A DNA stretch of 64,000 nt. It comes from Patellaria atrata CBS 101060 (taxonomy: Eukaryota). Positions within the stretch are counted from its first letter, which is position 1; each line of letters begins with the position of its first letter. Shown here piece by piece: positions 23,242 through 35,102 of the stretch. The position numbers and the translations under genes were made by a program. The DNA lies in contig MU006099.1 of assembly GCA_010093705.1 (NCBI GenBank), positions 496,001-560,000 of the forward strand, read 5' to 3'. A model generated the notes under the pieces. That model was not told where the DNA came from and searched no databases. It saw only the letters and a list, made by a program, of their open reading frames with translations.

Positions 23242-24341
23242 TGTGTTACTGTACGGGACCTCACCCGACCTCACTTCACCTCACTCAATCTCGTATCTGC
23301 AAACCAAATCTCATAAATCAAAGTAAGCGTGCTTCTCGGACAAATAATATATGCTTCAAGCTGCTGCTTGTACCTATTTTCCGTATCGAGTACTCTAGAG
23401 TTATCCACTACATTTCTGTATCAGGATGGCGCTATTCTACCTTACTGAACGTAAACCATGACGAGCTCCCATCATTTAGAGCTCATTCATTTATTTACAA
23501 GCTTGGCCAATCCTATGTTGAAGGCCATCATCGTGTAGATGATGAGACAAGGATTACAGCTAGGAGGATGGGTGAAGGGAATACAGAGATTGTTTGGTTT
23601 GGTCCCTCATTCGTGTCAGCCATGATTCTCTTCCACTATATGTCGTTCTCATCTAGCCAGCGATACCTATGATCTGGCATTCAATGCAACATTTCAACGT
23701 GACCGAGAGTGACCGCCATATCCGCGCATTAAAAGCCCAGCATCTTCTAGAGGTTTGCATGAGGAAATGGAGGAGGGTGAGTGTACGTGTATCAGTGATG
23801 GGGTGTACGGGAACCTGCTGCTGGCCTTCCCTTGAGTGATTGCTATCTTCATCGACTTCATTTTCCTGACGGGTATAAGCAGACGGGAACACATGAGACG
23901 CGTAGAAACACGTGAGGTGGTAACGTATTCGTTTGCTTCTTACTAACGGCAATCAAGGTAGGTTCTTGCTGCGTCTACTTTCCTTCACTAGCTCCATTGC
24001 TCTTTCCTTCCTCTCGGATTCATTTCGGTTGTATCCTAGTCCTGATCCGTTTCGCATCCTAAGGTATCTCTTCCGTCGTCTTCTTCAAAATTAACTTCCA
24101 CTCCATCTCCTCTCAGCTTCTTCCCTTTCGCGTACATCGCTACTGTCTTTATAATTTACCAACCAAATTTCTTACCGGGACCTATCTTGATACACGCCAG
24201 TTATCGTTACGATTTAGCACGGAACCGAAGCGATCAAGTCACCGCGGATCCGCCTAACTAGTCAGTATTTTACACATAAATCCCTAAACACGTATGTTCC
24301 ATGCTAAGCTTGAGTTTCAGACTCTCTCATACGTCGTTCAA

Positions 24342-27300
24342 ATGAGCACTCCGTGGACTACGACTTGTAGGAACCTTCCTTGCCGTGATTTTCAAGAGAC
24401 TGGAAGTTGTAGGTTCGGCGAACGCTGCAAGTTTTCCCACGACAATGGATTCTTTCTTTCCCGTAGAAACCCAAGAAATGATAAAGAGCCTCCTCCTAAG
24501 AGTGCAGGTGACAGCAAGATGTTTCGTTCTAACAAACCCTGCCGGGACTTTGAGAAAACGGGTACCTGTACGTTCGGTGAGGACTGCAGGTTCTCCCATC
24601 AATTCTCACGACCTCGTTCTTCAAGTCCGGCGTTTAATATAGCTAGACATTCTGAGCTAAATCCAAACCCAGATAATGGACCCACGAACCTGCCACATAT
24701 AGGACCGTTTAATAAGCTACCATATGCAGTACAGAGTTCTTCTGCTGATCGGATCTTCAGACAATGGCGTTATTCAATCCCGAAGGACGGCCAGCCTTCG
24801 CAACCTTTAGGGCGCGCACTACCGCGATTTTTCAAAGATGCATTGATTTTAGTCAACAGCGAGACTAATATTATGCAAGAGGTCCTTCAAAAGCTAGCCA
24901 CTGAAGGTGGCTTACGCAGAATCAAAGAATTGATTGATGGTTTGCGCGCGCAGCATTCTGACATAGCGAAACTTACCTACTTCACGTCGACTGTATTCCC
25001 TTTCCTCCAGTTACTTTCAGACCCCAAGGTAATATCCTCAATAATCCTCGAGCAGCAGGTGGGAACTATATGCAATCTACTCTATGGGTTACATGGACGG
25101 AGTTACATCGCCATGTTTACCTTTATTTGCGATATCCTCAATTTTAGCAACGTTCCCACATCTCCGTGGAAAGATAGTACGGTTGACATCGACTTGGCTT
25201 TAGCGACATCTCTCAGTGTTCATGCTAGAGTTATCGACCTCAATAGCGCGGCATCGCTCAATTCTGAAATTCCCCCAATTGTTGAAGTTTTAGAAACCAT
25301 CTTTAAAGAACGATGTGGTGATGGTCTGGATTCTGTTATGAGACAAGCGACAATGGATCTCATGAGGGCTCAGAAACGCCTTGGAATTGCCAGTAAGCTT
25401 CCAATGGAAAAATCTAGGAAAAAGATTACGCCTGATGTAATTCCAATATCCTTCAAAATTGATGCGGATCCCCCAGGCCACCTTTCTCCCCATGGAGCAC
25501 GTCATGACAATGACTTCGCAGACATAACGAAGATCCAGATCCTACCTACTTTCGACGAAATCCAATCCATGCGCTCCGAGTACCTTCCTAAGATGGATCC
25601 ATCCACTCTACATCTGTCTGGGGCAGTGGGACTGCTTGATCGACACTTCCGGTTGTTACGAGAGGATACTGTGGGTCAGTTACGTGATGCTGTCAAAGCA
25701 GAACTGTCTTCGTTAAAAGCAGCTTCTATGGACCAAAGAGTAGCTTCGACGCACAGTCAGGGCGCCAGGACATTTACGTACGCGAATGCTACTATCAATA
25801 CACCGTCTTTCGATAGAAGGGGTTTGAATTTCAAAGTCTCCTTCGACGAGCCATCCAAAGTCCGCAATTTAGAGAAGAGCAAGAGGGAGGAGTGGTGGGA
25901 GCATGGCAAGCGACTAACGGAAGATAGTTTAGTGTGCATACTCAGTGCAACTTCGGCGATTTTCTGCACCGTTGTTCGTAAACAGTCCCGGAATACAGAA
26001 AAAGAGAATAGACATGATAGATTCGCCAGGAACCCAACAGTCACTCTCGAGGACATCCCAGAAAGCAACCAGAGGATCGTACACAGAGCCAAGTCTATCA
26101 AGCAAGCTCATGGAGTTGCGATCGGTTCGCCCCTGGATTCGTCTCAGCCTCAGATTCTGGACCCTAGGATGGCAATAACCCGAACTTCCCGCCGTACCCA
26201 CGCACCGTACACGGACTTACAGTTTTCAGGCGTAGACCTCAAATTGGATAGTGAATACAATCAAACTGAACATGTACCACTCATCGATGGCCCAAGTAAT
26301 GACCGCCGCCCGTTTCAGCATGATCCAGCGATCGAAATCGACCTGATGGAAGAATCGAATACTGCGTCGGTGCTCCTGAAATTAGTCAATAATAAGGAAC
26401 ACGATGTTAAAAAGGTAACGGCATGGGCCGCTCAGAGGTCGTCATACCGCCTATCGCTCGTGGAGTTCCCTGGTGTTCTTCTCCCAGCCTTTGACGCAAC
26501 TCTCAGAGCTTTACAAACTATGTCTACCAGAGATGATCTTCCATTTTGTGAGCTTCTGGCACCAATGGAGTCCGGTGATGGCAGTTTAATCAAAGTTCCC
26601 CCGCCAGCATATGCTTTACGGACTGGGTTCCACTTTAATCTTTCTACACTGATGCATAATGAACGTATCCTCAGACTAAATGTGAGGGAACCTTTTCCTG
26701 TCAAGGAACTCCAAGATGGGTCGGACCTAGACGATGCTCAAGCAAAAGCTCTGGTCTCAGCTTTATCTTGTTCATTCGCCTCGATTCAAGGTCCACCTGG
26801 TACTGGAAAATCCTACACAGGCGTGGCTATTGTTCGAGCACTTCTTGCAAACAAGAGAGCTGCCGACCTCGGACCTCTCATTACGGTTACTTATACAAAC
26901 CATGCGCTTGACCAGTTTTTAGAGCACACTGTGGAAGCAAATGTCACACACCAAATCATTCGAATAGGCGCACAGTCCAAGTCGGTCTGCCTGAAGGACT
27001 CAACATTGCGTGCGGTCACTGATAAGTCAGAACTCACCAAGACGGAGAAGGCAAAACGATGGACCTTGTTGAAGCAGCTCGAGGATGACGAGAAGGAGAT
27101 AAAGGGATGTCTGACTTCGATGACTAGGCTTCATCATTGGGAAACTATCAAAGGGTTCTTGGCGCTAGAATATCCCCATCATCACAATCAACTGTTTGGT
27201 ACGGAGGAAGGAGGGTGGACAAAGGTCAATTACCATTTAGAGGACATAGTGGAAGACTGGTTATATGACCAGACTTTTAGGCATGTCCAAACGGGAGACA

Positions 27301-30300
27301 TGTCCCCGCCCATCCTTACCACCTCCACTACCATTCAGCGGGGCTCTATTGCCGCAGTACGATCTATTGAGGTCTTGAAATCAGCTAATATCTTCTCCAT
27401 GGCCCCTAATGAGCGCCAAACCTTGTATCGCTGCTGGATAGGGGAGATAAGGAGTGTAGAGCAAGCGAAATTGATGGCTGCGTTGGATTCGTGGAAAGAG
27501 ACAAAACATGCGGCTGACCAAATTAAGACCGAACTAGATCTTCGTGTTCTTCAACAGGCCGATATTATCGGTGCTACGACTACCGGACTGGCGAAAAATC
27601 TCGATCTTCTCCGTAGGGTCCGCGCAAAGGTGCTAATCGTGGAAGAAGCTGGAGAGATCCTGGAGGCTCATACGCTTACGGCCCTCTTACCCTCAATTGA
27701 ACATGTTATATTGATTGGAGATCATTTGCAGCTACGACCAGCTGTTCAAAACTATGGATTACAACGTGAGAATCCAAGAGGGGCTCAGTATTCATTAGAT
27801 GTGTCCCTATTCGAGAGACTCGTTGCGCCCCTTAGAACCGAGGACATCAGGCTACCATTCTCTACCCTGGAAACGCAGCGCCGTATGCATCCTTCAATAG
27901 CAGATTTGATCCGTAAGACTCTGTACAATCAACTTCAAGACGCACCATCAGTTTCTCGATATCCGCCGGTAGCGGGTATGCGTCATAGACTCTTTTGGCT
28001 AGATCACAAACATCCTGAAGTAGGCGCTGCGGCCTCAGAATCTACCCACACAACGTCCCATTCTAACGTTTGGGAAATCGATATGACAGCTGCTCTGGTA
28101 TCTCATCTTATTCGACAGGGAGCATACAAAGAGGGTGACATTGCCGTCCTTACTCCATACCTAGGACAGCTGACTAAGCTTCGGAGGCAGCTCGCCAGTT
28201 CCTTTGAGATCGTTCTCAATGACAGAGATATGGATGATCTAGAAAAGGAAGGCGCTGATGATTTCGAAGACACGAGAGTACAAGTGCTGACTAGGACAAG
28301 CTTGCTTCGCACTTTACGCGTTGCTACTATCGATAACTTCCAAGGCGAAGAAGCAAAGGTCGTTATCATTTCACTGGTTCGAAGCAACGAGGAAGGCAAA
28401 TGTGGCTTCTTGAAAACATCTAATCGTATCAACGTATTACTTTCAAGAGCTCAACACGGCATGTACATTATCGGTAATGCCCAAACTTCGATACACGTTC
28501 CAATGTGGAGAGACGTTATGGATCTTTTGAAAGCAGGGGACAATATTGGGCTATACTTCGAGCTTGAATGTCCTCGTCATCCTGACACACCTATCGTCGT
28601 CTCTACACCGGAAGATTTTCACCGTTTTAGCCCCGAGGGCGGCTGTGATCTCATGTGTTCATCCCGGTTACTCTGTGGGCATAGGTGCATTAGCAAATGT
28701 CACTCGGAACACCTACACTCGTCTGTATACTGCTTAGAACGATGTCAAAAGATTCTTCCTGGATGTAATCATGGCTGCCCGAACCTCTGCGGAGATAAAT
28801 GTATCCAACAATGTCAAGTCCGCATTCCAGACCCCGAGCGGATGCTGCCATGTGGTCACTTGGCGCCGAATCTTACCTGTTGGTTTGCACAGGATTTGTC
28901 CAGAGTCCGCTGCAAAGAGACACAAACGGTGACTGTCCCTGGATGTTCACACGAGGTGCAAATACTATGTTATCAAGACGTCACAACAGACAACTTCAAG
29001 TGCCCAATGCTATGTGGAGCAGCTCTACCCTGCGGACATACGTGCAAGAAGAACTGCCACCAGTGCAGAATGACGGATCCAAACGGCAGAGTCACCATAA
29101 CCCACGAGGAGTGTACGCAGCCTTGTGGGAGACAGTATACTACATGTAGCCATGGCGATCAAACTCCCTGTCATGGCGAAGAGCCTTGTGTATCCTGCAA
29201 AGCACAATGTGACGTCTTTTGCGTACATTCAAAATGCTCTAAGGTATGCTCTGAACCGTGCGCTCCGTGTGTTGCAGACTCGTGTGCATCTGGGTGTAGC
29301 CATTCAGCCTGTACACAACCCTGCAGTGCTCCTTGTGACTGGGTACCGTGCTCTTTTCGATGTCCTGTCCTCCTCCGTTGCGGACATCAATGTCCATCAC
29401 TCTGTGGTGAAGCCTGTCCGTCAACAGCTAATTGTCAGGTATGCGGCCTTCAAGATATAAAGGATGTTGTGGTAGACTATATCGAAATGAAAACGTTCGC
29501 TGAGATGAATCTATACGAGAATCCTTGCGTTTTTCTCAACTGTGGTCATATTTTTGCCAGGAATACATTGGATGGTCAAATGGATTTTCATAAGTATTTC
29601 AACACCACTAGAGATGGCCGCGTACTCTCTGTGAAGGAGAATACCGAACCATTCTCTATGAATGAGCTCAAAACTTGCCCTCTCTGCCGGGGGAGCTTGA
29701 GAAATATAGGCCGTTACGGTCGTATAGTCAGACGTGCAATGCTTGATGAATCTACCAAGAAATTCATCGTTTGGAGCAACAGGGCGTATGTTCCTCTCGC
29801 GGAATCATTTCAGAAGGCACAGAAGCTCTTACATAACTCAGTAAAGGATATTAACGAGGTTATATTCTTCCAGGCCGGCGATCTGCATTTAGGTGAGAGC
29901 CGTGGTGCGACACTGCGCGATATTCGAAAAGGGTGCACCCTACCACGATACAAAGCAATTCTCAAGGTCCGATCTCAAATCAGCGAATATATGAAGAAAG
30001 TTGCCATAGAGGAGCAACCGTTCAAGCGGGTCTGGTATGCCGTCCAGTGGGCAAAACAGAGAAAGAACATCCAAAGTGATTTTGAGATCGACTCATCGGT
30101 TTTGCAAACTCGTGGTTACCTATTAGCCAGTGCTCTCCTCCTAAGATGCGATCTCACCATACTTGCGGACTTCCTCGGCCTTCGCCATAGAGTTGCTCAT
30201 CTGGGGACAACCACTGTAGACCTTTCCGCTTTCAAATTCGATTGTGACACTTTGGCTAGACTCGCTACTGAATCCTCCCATCCGCTTCAGCAAGCGGAAG

Positions 30301-30755
30301 GCCTTTTGTTTGTCGCCCACTGTGCTGCGCTGGAACGCCTCTTTTCCACGCAGGATGTCGACTCAAGTGATCACCTACGGCAGCAAGGCATTTCTTTTAT
30401 CGAAGTTGTCAAAGAGATCTGCGAATCCCACCCCTTTGAAACGCGTCTCATTCACAATGAACTCAAGGAAATAGAAAATATGCTTAATGATGGTACTTTC
30501 CACGGTGTTATGACAGATAATGAGTGGAAAACCGTGCTCGCGGCAATGGCCACGGAGTTGACAGGAACGGGTCATTGGTATCACTGCGCGAACGGCCACC
30601 CATTTACTATCGGAGAGTGTGGAATGCCGATGGAGCGGGCTCAATGCCCACAGTGCGGTGCGACCATCGGGGGACAAAATCATGTGTCTGTTGAAGGGGT
30701 AGCTAGAGCCGAAAACCTGGACGAATTGCTGAGGGACATGAATCTAGGTCGCTAG
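24342..30755 (+). CDS. ZNFX1/NFX1-type zinc-finger Upf1-like SF1 RNA helicase with 2 CCCH fingers, NF-X1 repeats, RING-like and RZ finger
   Basis: CCCH x2 (CRDFQETGSCRFGERCKFSH); QGPPGTGKS, VEEAGE, LIGDHLQLRP, SLFERL, QRRMHP, TIDNFQGEE, NRINVLLSRA; Cys/His-rich NF-X1 region; CGHIF..CPLCR; C-terminal GHWYHCANGHPFTIGECGMPMERAQCPQCGATIGGQNH. The upstream ATG at 24294 may lie in a 5'UTR intron. Confidence 0.93.
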   Translation: MSTPWTTTCRNLPCRDFQETGSCRFGERCKFSHDNGFFLSRRNPRNDKEPPPKSAGDSKMFRSNKPCRDFEKTGTCTFGEDCRFSHQFSRPRSSSPAFNIARHSELNPNPDNGPTNLPHIGPFNKLPYAVQSSSADRIFRQWRYSIPKDGQPSQPLGRALPRFFKDALILVNSETNIMQEVLQKLATEGGLRRIKELIDGLRAQHSDIAKLTYFTSTVFPFLQLLSDPKVISSIILEQQVGTICNLLYGLHGRSYIAMFTFICDILNFSNVPTSPWKDSTVDIDLALATSLSVHARVIDLNSAASLNSEIPPIVEVLETIFKERCGDGLDSVMRQATMDLMRAQKRLGIASKLPMEKSRKKITPDVIPISFKIDADPPGHLSPHGARHDNDFADITKIQILPTFDEIQSMRSEYLPKMDPSTLHLSGAVGLLDRHFRLLREDTVGQLRDAVKAELSSLKAASMDQRVASTHSQGARTFTYANATINTPSFDRRGLNFKVSFDEPSKVRNLEKSKREEWWEHGKRLTEDSLVCILSATSAIFCTVVRKQSRNTEKENRHDRFARNPTVTLEDIPESNQRIVHRAKSIKQAHGVAIGSPLDSSQPQILDPRMAITRTSRRTHAPYTDLQFSGVDLKLDSEYNQTEHVPLIDGPSNDRRPFQHDPAIEIDLMEESNTASVLLKLVNNKEHDVKKVTAWAAQRSSYRLSLVEFPGVLLPAFDATLRALQTMSTRDDLPFCELLAPMESGDGSLIKVPPPAYALRTGFHFNLSTLMHNERILRLNVREPFPVKELQDGSDLDDAQAKALVSALSCSFASIQGPPGTGKSYTGVAIVRALLANKRAADLGPLITVTYTNHALDQFLEHTVEANVTHQIIRIGAQSKSVCLKDSTLRAVTDKSELTKTEKAKRWTLLKQLEDDEKEIKGCLTSMTRLHHWETIKGFLALEYPHHHNQLFGTEEGGWTKVNYHLEDIVEDWLYDQTFRHVQTGDMSPPILTTSTTIQRGSIAAVRSIEVLKSANIFSMAPNERQTLYRCWIGEIRSVEQAKLMAALDSWKETKHAADQIKTELDLRVLQQADIIGATTTGLAKNLDLLRRVRAKVLIVEEAGEILEAHTLTALLPSIEHVILIGDHLQLRPAVQNYGLQRENPRGAQYSLDVSLFERLVAPLRTEDIRLPFSTLETQRRMHPSIADLIRKTLYNQLQDAPSVSRYPPVAGMRHRLFWLDHKHPEVGAAASESTHTTSHSNVWEIDMTAALVSHLIRQGAYKEGDIAVLTPYLGQLTKLRRQLASSFEIVLNDRDMDDLEKEGADDFEDTRVQVLTRTSLLRTLRVATIDNFQGEEAKVVIISLVRSNEEGKCGFLKTSNRINVLLSRAQHGMYIIGNAQTSIHVPMWRDVMDLLKAGDNIGLYFELECPRHPDTPIVVSTPEDFHRFSPEGGCDLMCSSRLLCGHRCISKCHSEHLHSSVYCLERCQKILPGCNHGCPNLCGDKCIQQCQVRIPDPERMLPCGHLAPNLTCWFAQDLSRVRCKETQTVTVPGCSHEVQILCYQDVTTDNFKCPMLCGAALPCGHTCKKNCHQCRMTDPNGRVTITHEECTQPCGRQYTTCSHGDQTPCHGEEPCVSCKAQCDVFCVHSKCSKVCSEPCAPCVADSCASGCSHSACTQPCSAPCDWVPCSFRCPVLLRCGHQCPSLCGEACPSTANCQVCGLQDIKDVVVDYIEMKTFAEMNLYENPCVFLNCGHIFARNTLDGQMDFHKYFNTTRDGRVLSVKENTEPFSMNELKTCPLCRGSLRNIGRYGRIVRRAMLDESTKKFIVWSNRAYVPLAESFQKAQKLLHNSVKDINEVIFFQAGDLHLGESRGATLRDIRKGCTLPRYKAILKVRSQISEYMKKVAIEEQPFKRVWYAVQWAKQRKNIQSDFEIDSSVLQTRGYLLASALLLRCDLTILADFLGLRHRVAHLGTTTVDLSAFKFDCDTLARLATESSHPLQQAEGLLFVAHCAALERLFSTQDVDSSDHLRQQGISFIEVVKEICESHPFETRLIHNELKEIENMLNDGTFHGVMTDNEWKTVLAAMATELTGTGHWYHCANGHPFTIGECGMPMERAQCPQCGATIGGQNHVSVEGVARAENLDELLRDMNLGR

Positions 30756-31855
30756 ATATCTCTCTGGGATATGGAAATTAGAGTTTAAGGCGCTATCAGC
30801 TGTGTTCTTCTTTCAATCTAGGTTCTACTGGACGGTTTAATGTGTTGTCGGGGTAAAATACCTGTGAGTGATGACGAACCTGATGGCAATTCTGGGGAAG
30901 ATTACAACCCCTTAAACATGTTGATGGTAGTGGAACATAAACCGAATCACATTAAAATCTCAGCAATGCCGTACTTGTGAACTGAAGAGACCCTGAATAT
31001 AGAATGTTAACTTGAATTGTGATGTAATCTTCTCTATTGATGCCAAGACCACCGAAGACAAAGCAGGAGAGACGGAAAGAACGGGTGTGAGTCCACTGAT
31101 TCTAGAACAAGCTTATTCATTTATAATTATGATAGTTTCATACGTCAAATTCGACTCCGTGTTGATTGAAGTTGTCCCTGGCGTATGACTGGACGTAAAG
31201 GGGAGCTTAGGACCGGGCGGAACTAATTCCTCTCTCACTACAAAGGGGCTTCATGCGAAAGAAGCACACTAACCGTAAATCAATGCCGATAGCGAGCTAC
31301 GTCACACCTTTTGACAACCATCAGACCTACCATCACCTCCAAGTTGAACGCTGCGTCTACTACTCTTGTAGGATTCACGCTATATGCTTACTTTACATCC
31401 AGAGGCGAGCCCTCAGGTAGCGCTATCAGGTTCCAGTTCTACAACGTGCAGATTCAGTCAGCAGCCACTGCCCGGGGATGCGATTAGGATAGCTCCGTTT
31501 TGACGACAAAACGTCTGGTGTAGCCTGTCTTGCAGTATGTTTGTGATATTAAGATGAGACCATTAAGTCCGAGTATGATAAGATGGTAAAGTATATAAGA
31601 ACAGCTTCATTTGGTCTCAAAATAATCTGAACCACCCCTCCTCCTCAGCTTCCTCAAGATTTCGTCATCATCAGTCATATATAGCTAGAAAGCTATTATC
31701 ATACCTCGTAGTCTTCATTCAAGTCTATAAAAGTCTATCCTGTCGCGGCCTTAGGACTCCTCTATTCTACAAAAACAACCAGGAACCCGCTCTACCATAC
31801 CTTAATAGCACCAAGTCTTATATACAGAATTACCTCTGTTCCACCCAAACCAACC

Positions 31856-32608
31856 ATGTCCCAAAAGCTATCCGGCAAAGTCGCCCTCGTAACCGGCGCC
31901 TCCAAAGGCATTGGCCGCGCCACCGCCCTCGCCCTCGCAGCCGACGGCGCAACAGTAGCAGTGAACTACCTCTCCAGCGCCTCCAGCGCCTCAGACGTAG
32001 TCTCGCAAATCGGGACCGACCGCGCGACCGCGATCCGCGCCGACGTCAGCACACCCGAAGGCCAGAAATCCCTGGTCGCCGAAACGGTGCAGAAGTACGG
32101 CAAGATCGACATCCTGGTGCTGAACGCGGGCAGCCTCTTGCAAAACGGCGGCATCGACGACATCGACGAGGAGACCTTCGATAGACTCTTCGCCGTCAAT
32201 GTTAGGGGCCCCCTCTTCATGGCTAAAGCTGCTATCCCGTATATCCCTGCTGGGGGACGGATCATGTTTTTCTCGACGTCGTTGACGAAGGTCTCGGGTA
32301 TCACGCCTAATTACCTCTTGTACGCTGCGACTAAGGGCGCGGTTGAGCAGATGGCTTCCGTTCTCGCAAAGACGCTGGCGTCGAAGAATGTCACGGTTAA
32401 CACGATATGTCCTGGACCGATTGGCACCGATGCGTTTTTTGTGGGGAAGACGGAGCAGATGGTTAAGGGGGTTGCGGGGATGAATCCGTTCGGGAGGATC
32501 GGGACGCCCGAGGAGATTGCGGGCGTGGTGAAGTTTGTCGCGAGCGAGGAGAGCTCGTGGATGACAGGGCAGTGCTTTAGGATTAATGGTGGTATGACGG
32601 TGGGCTAG
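31856..32608 (+). CDS. Classical short-chain dehydrogenase/reductase
   Basis: TGASKGIG, LNAG and catalytic YAATK motifs; 250 aa, intronless. Confidence 0.95.
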   Translation: MSQKLSGKVALVTGASKGIGRATALALAADGATVAVNYLSSASSASDVVSQIGTDRATAIRADVSTPEGQKSLVAETVQKYGKIDILVLNAGSLLQNGGIDDIDEETFDRLFAVNVRGPLFMAKAAIPYIPAGGRIMFFSTSLTKVSGITPNYLLYAATKGAVEQMASVLAKTLASKNVTVNTICPGPIGTDAFFVGKTEQMVKGVAGMNPFGRIGTPEEIAGVVKFVASEESSWMTGQCFRINGGMTVG

Positions 32609-33721
32609 GTTGGGGATGGGTTGCGTGGCAGCTGTTGCGCTGGGGTTGTGCTATACGGCTCTGTATGTACGCCCTGCCGGGTGGTATTATCAATTTCAAG
32701 TCTTACGTTTTGTTTCCGATGGTTGAAAAATTATACATGATACGTTATAAGTCCTTTGCAGTGTCGATTGAATTTGAACTCTTTTTCGAAAATACAATTC
32801 GCCTGACTTGCTGTACAGTCAAGCCTTGAATGCTCGTTAGCCCCTCTGTCAAAAATTGCTGGACCGTACTGAATGTCCAGCCAGTAAAAACTGGTCGAAT
32901 TACAAAATTACCAAACTATCGGGATCCCGCTATTGCATTTCTGATTCACTGTATGCCTAATTCAAGACCACAGCGATTGTATAAACCCGTATGATCTCAC
33001 ACAGAATCGCATTTGACAGTTCGTCATTGTGGCTTGTGTCCACATGAAGTGTACCCAAAAAAAGAAAAAGAAAACTGTAAATCATGGTAAGGAGGAGATG
33101 GTTAGATGAGGCGTATGCGCCGTCAGTACTCGTTCAAACTGTCATCCATCGCCCTTTGATGTGGTATGTGTGACATGAAGTATCTGTATCGTAGTAACAA
33201 GTGCAACATCGGATGCAAAAACACAAAGAGGGGTATATTTCCGCTGAATGTTAAAATCTCAAGAATGATTTAATATTCTTCTTTACTTATGAGATTATTT
33301 GACGGTAAGGCTATTTTCCGTGAAGCATAAAGCGTAGAGACAAGGCGATATGGTTCTTGGCGTAATGCGTAGGTTGAAACTTGGGGTTGAAACATGTTTC
33401 TTCAAACATAGTGAACCACGACATTCTGATAGACTGGGATCTTCCGAGATTTTGCACAACGTGTTGTTCGATGTGTAAGGATAAGATGAGTCCAACTTTC
33501 AACCTGACCAACAAGAGAAGTTGTTCTCATTCAGGTTATGGTCTCCAAAATAGACGCATCATCATGCTAGAATCGCGCGTCTAAATGTTATATCTCGTGA
33601 TACCCGCCGTAGGAATGATACGCAACGATCTCTTGTTGCCCCGTGTCTCATTCCTTTTCTCTTCAAGTGATTCTCTGATATTATCAGTCTGAGTTCTGAC
33701 GCCACACTCCTACCACTCACC

Positions 33722-34791
33722 ATGTTGGCGTTTTCAACATTAATTCAATGTTCGCTTCTTTTCGCCGGACTCGTATGCGCAACGTGGCGAAGAGTAGAGG
33801 ACGAAGACAACCATTGGATTTACCCTCCGCGACTATGTGATGATCCTCAGGATAGCGCGAACGAAGTTTTTGTGCAAGGAGAGACTATAGAGTTGGCGTG
33901 GAAGACAACGTTTACTAGCGGATCAATTATTGCGATGCACGTAATAATGCAGAAGGTTTTTAAACCCCCAGGTCCATGTAAGTGCGGCAGTTGAAGACTA
34001 GATGTTCGCATTTGACACGACTAGTTGAGAGTTTGCCTTCAAATACTGTTCGGTGGAATGTATCCCTGACGGATTTGGTGCCTTTGTCAGAAGGTAACAT
34101 ATGGAACCTGTCTATCTTATCTTCGGATGGTACATTTCGGTACATCAGTAGCCATGGTATCAACGTTACGGACAGGGTAATCCATTCATCTTCATCTTCT
34201 CCATCTTCCTCATCTTCTTCATCATCTTCATCTTCTTCATCATCTTCATCTTCTTCATCATCTTCATCTACGACTTCAACATCTATAACTTTTCAGACAC
34301 CTGGGCAATCAGCAACACCGACGATAGGACAATCTGAAATATCCAATTCCGCGACATCGCATACGAGTACATGTTCAAATCGACCAGCTTCCCCAACCGA
34401 CGGCGGAGTTGTCTCCGGAAGTTTGAGCAAAGGTGATAGGATCGGTCTGGGCGTCGGAGTGGGCGTCGGAACATTCGCAATAATACTTGCAATCCTGTTT
34501 AGTACCATGGTTGCTCGGCGACGAACACAAGCTCGCGTTGCAGACATGCGGGTGGCTGCATTGATGGACCCCGCATACTCGAATACAGTCTTAGGTGAGA
34601 GATTTCGGCAGGGACACGGCCAACTTCAACATTCAGAGCCTCATGGACCTCTGTGTCCGGAACTGGTACAAACGCGATTTGATCCTTGGGGAAGCGATTG
34701 GAGAGAGCGTCTGTTTGCACAGTACACCTTCGACCAGCCGATCCAGGAGATGCCAACAAAGAGATCAGCTCTGGAGTTGCCGGTTAATTGA
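33722..34791 (+). CDS. Type I membrane protein with signal peptide, Ser/Thr stalk and one TM (Mid2/Wsc-like sensor architecture); exons 33722-33977, 34025-34791
   Basis: Signal peptide; GTAAGT..TTTGAC..TAG intron joins the two ORFs; poly-Ser tract; 'LSKGDRIGLGVGVGVGTFAIILAILF..RRR' TM. Confidence 0.8.
34187..34270. repeat. Coding TCT/TCA trinucleotide tract (poly-Ser)
   Basis: Directly visible. Confidence 0.9.
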
Positions 34792-35102
34792 TGAGATGGT
34801 TGGGGCCAATGTATGAGAGTTATTGGTTCGTTCTCAGATTAAGGTCTTCATGGCCCTCCGTAATTTCGGGCGTTGCGTTGAAAGGGAGATATCTTAAATA
34901 TTTTGATCAGTTTTAATCCCAGGATCAGCGTAGTCTTTCGGTCGAGATTGTTACATGCCGTACCGCTCGGTGACATTGAGAATGATTCCTTGTGACTTCT
35001 CTTTCTGATATTGAGTACAGATCGGTTTCCAATAAAGCCACGCTCGGAATAATACGTAGAAACGGTTTCGGTGCCGCTTGAGTAGAACAGAGCTTGAGAC
35101 AT

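Noticed and set aside
24327..30683. Antisense and alternate-frame ORFs inside the ZNFX1-like gene and other CDSs
   Set aside because: Shadow ORFs of real coding sequence with no independent support
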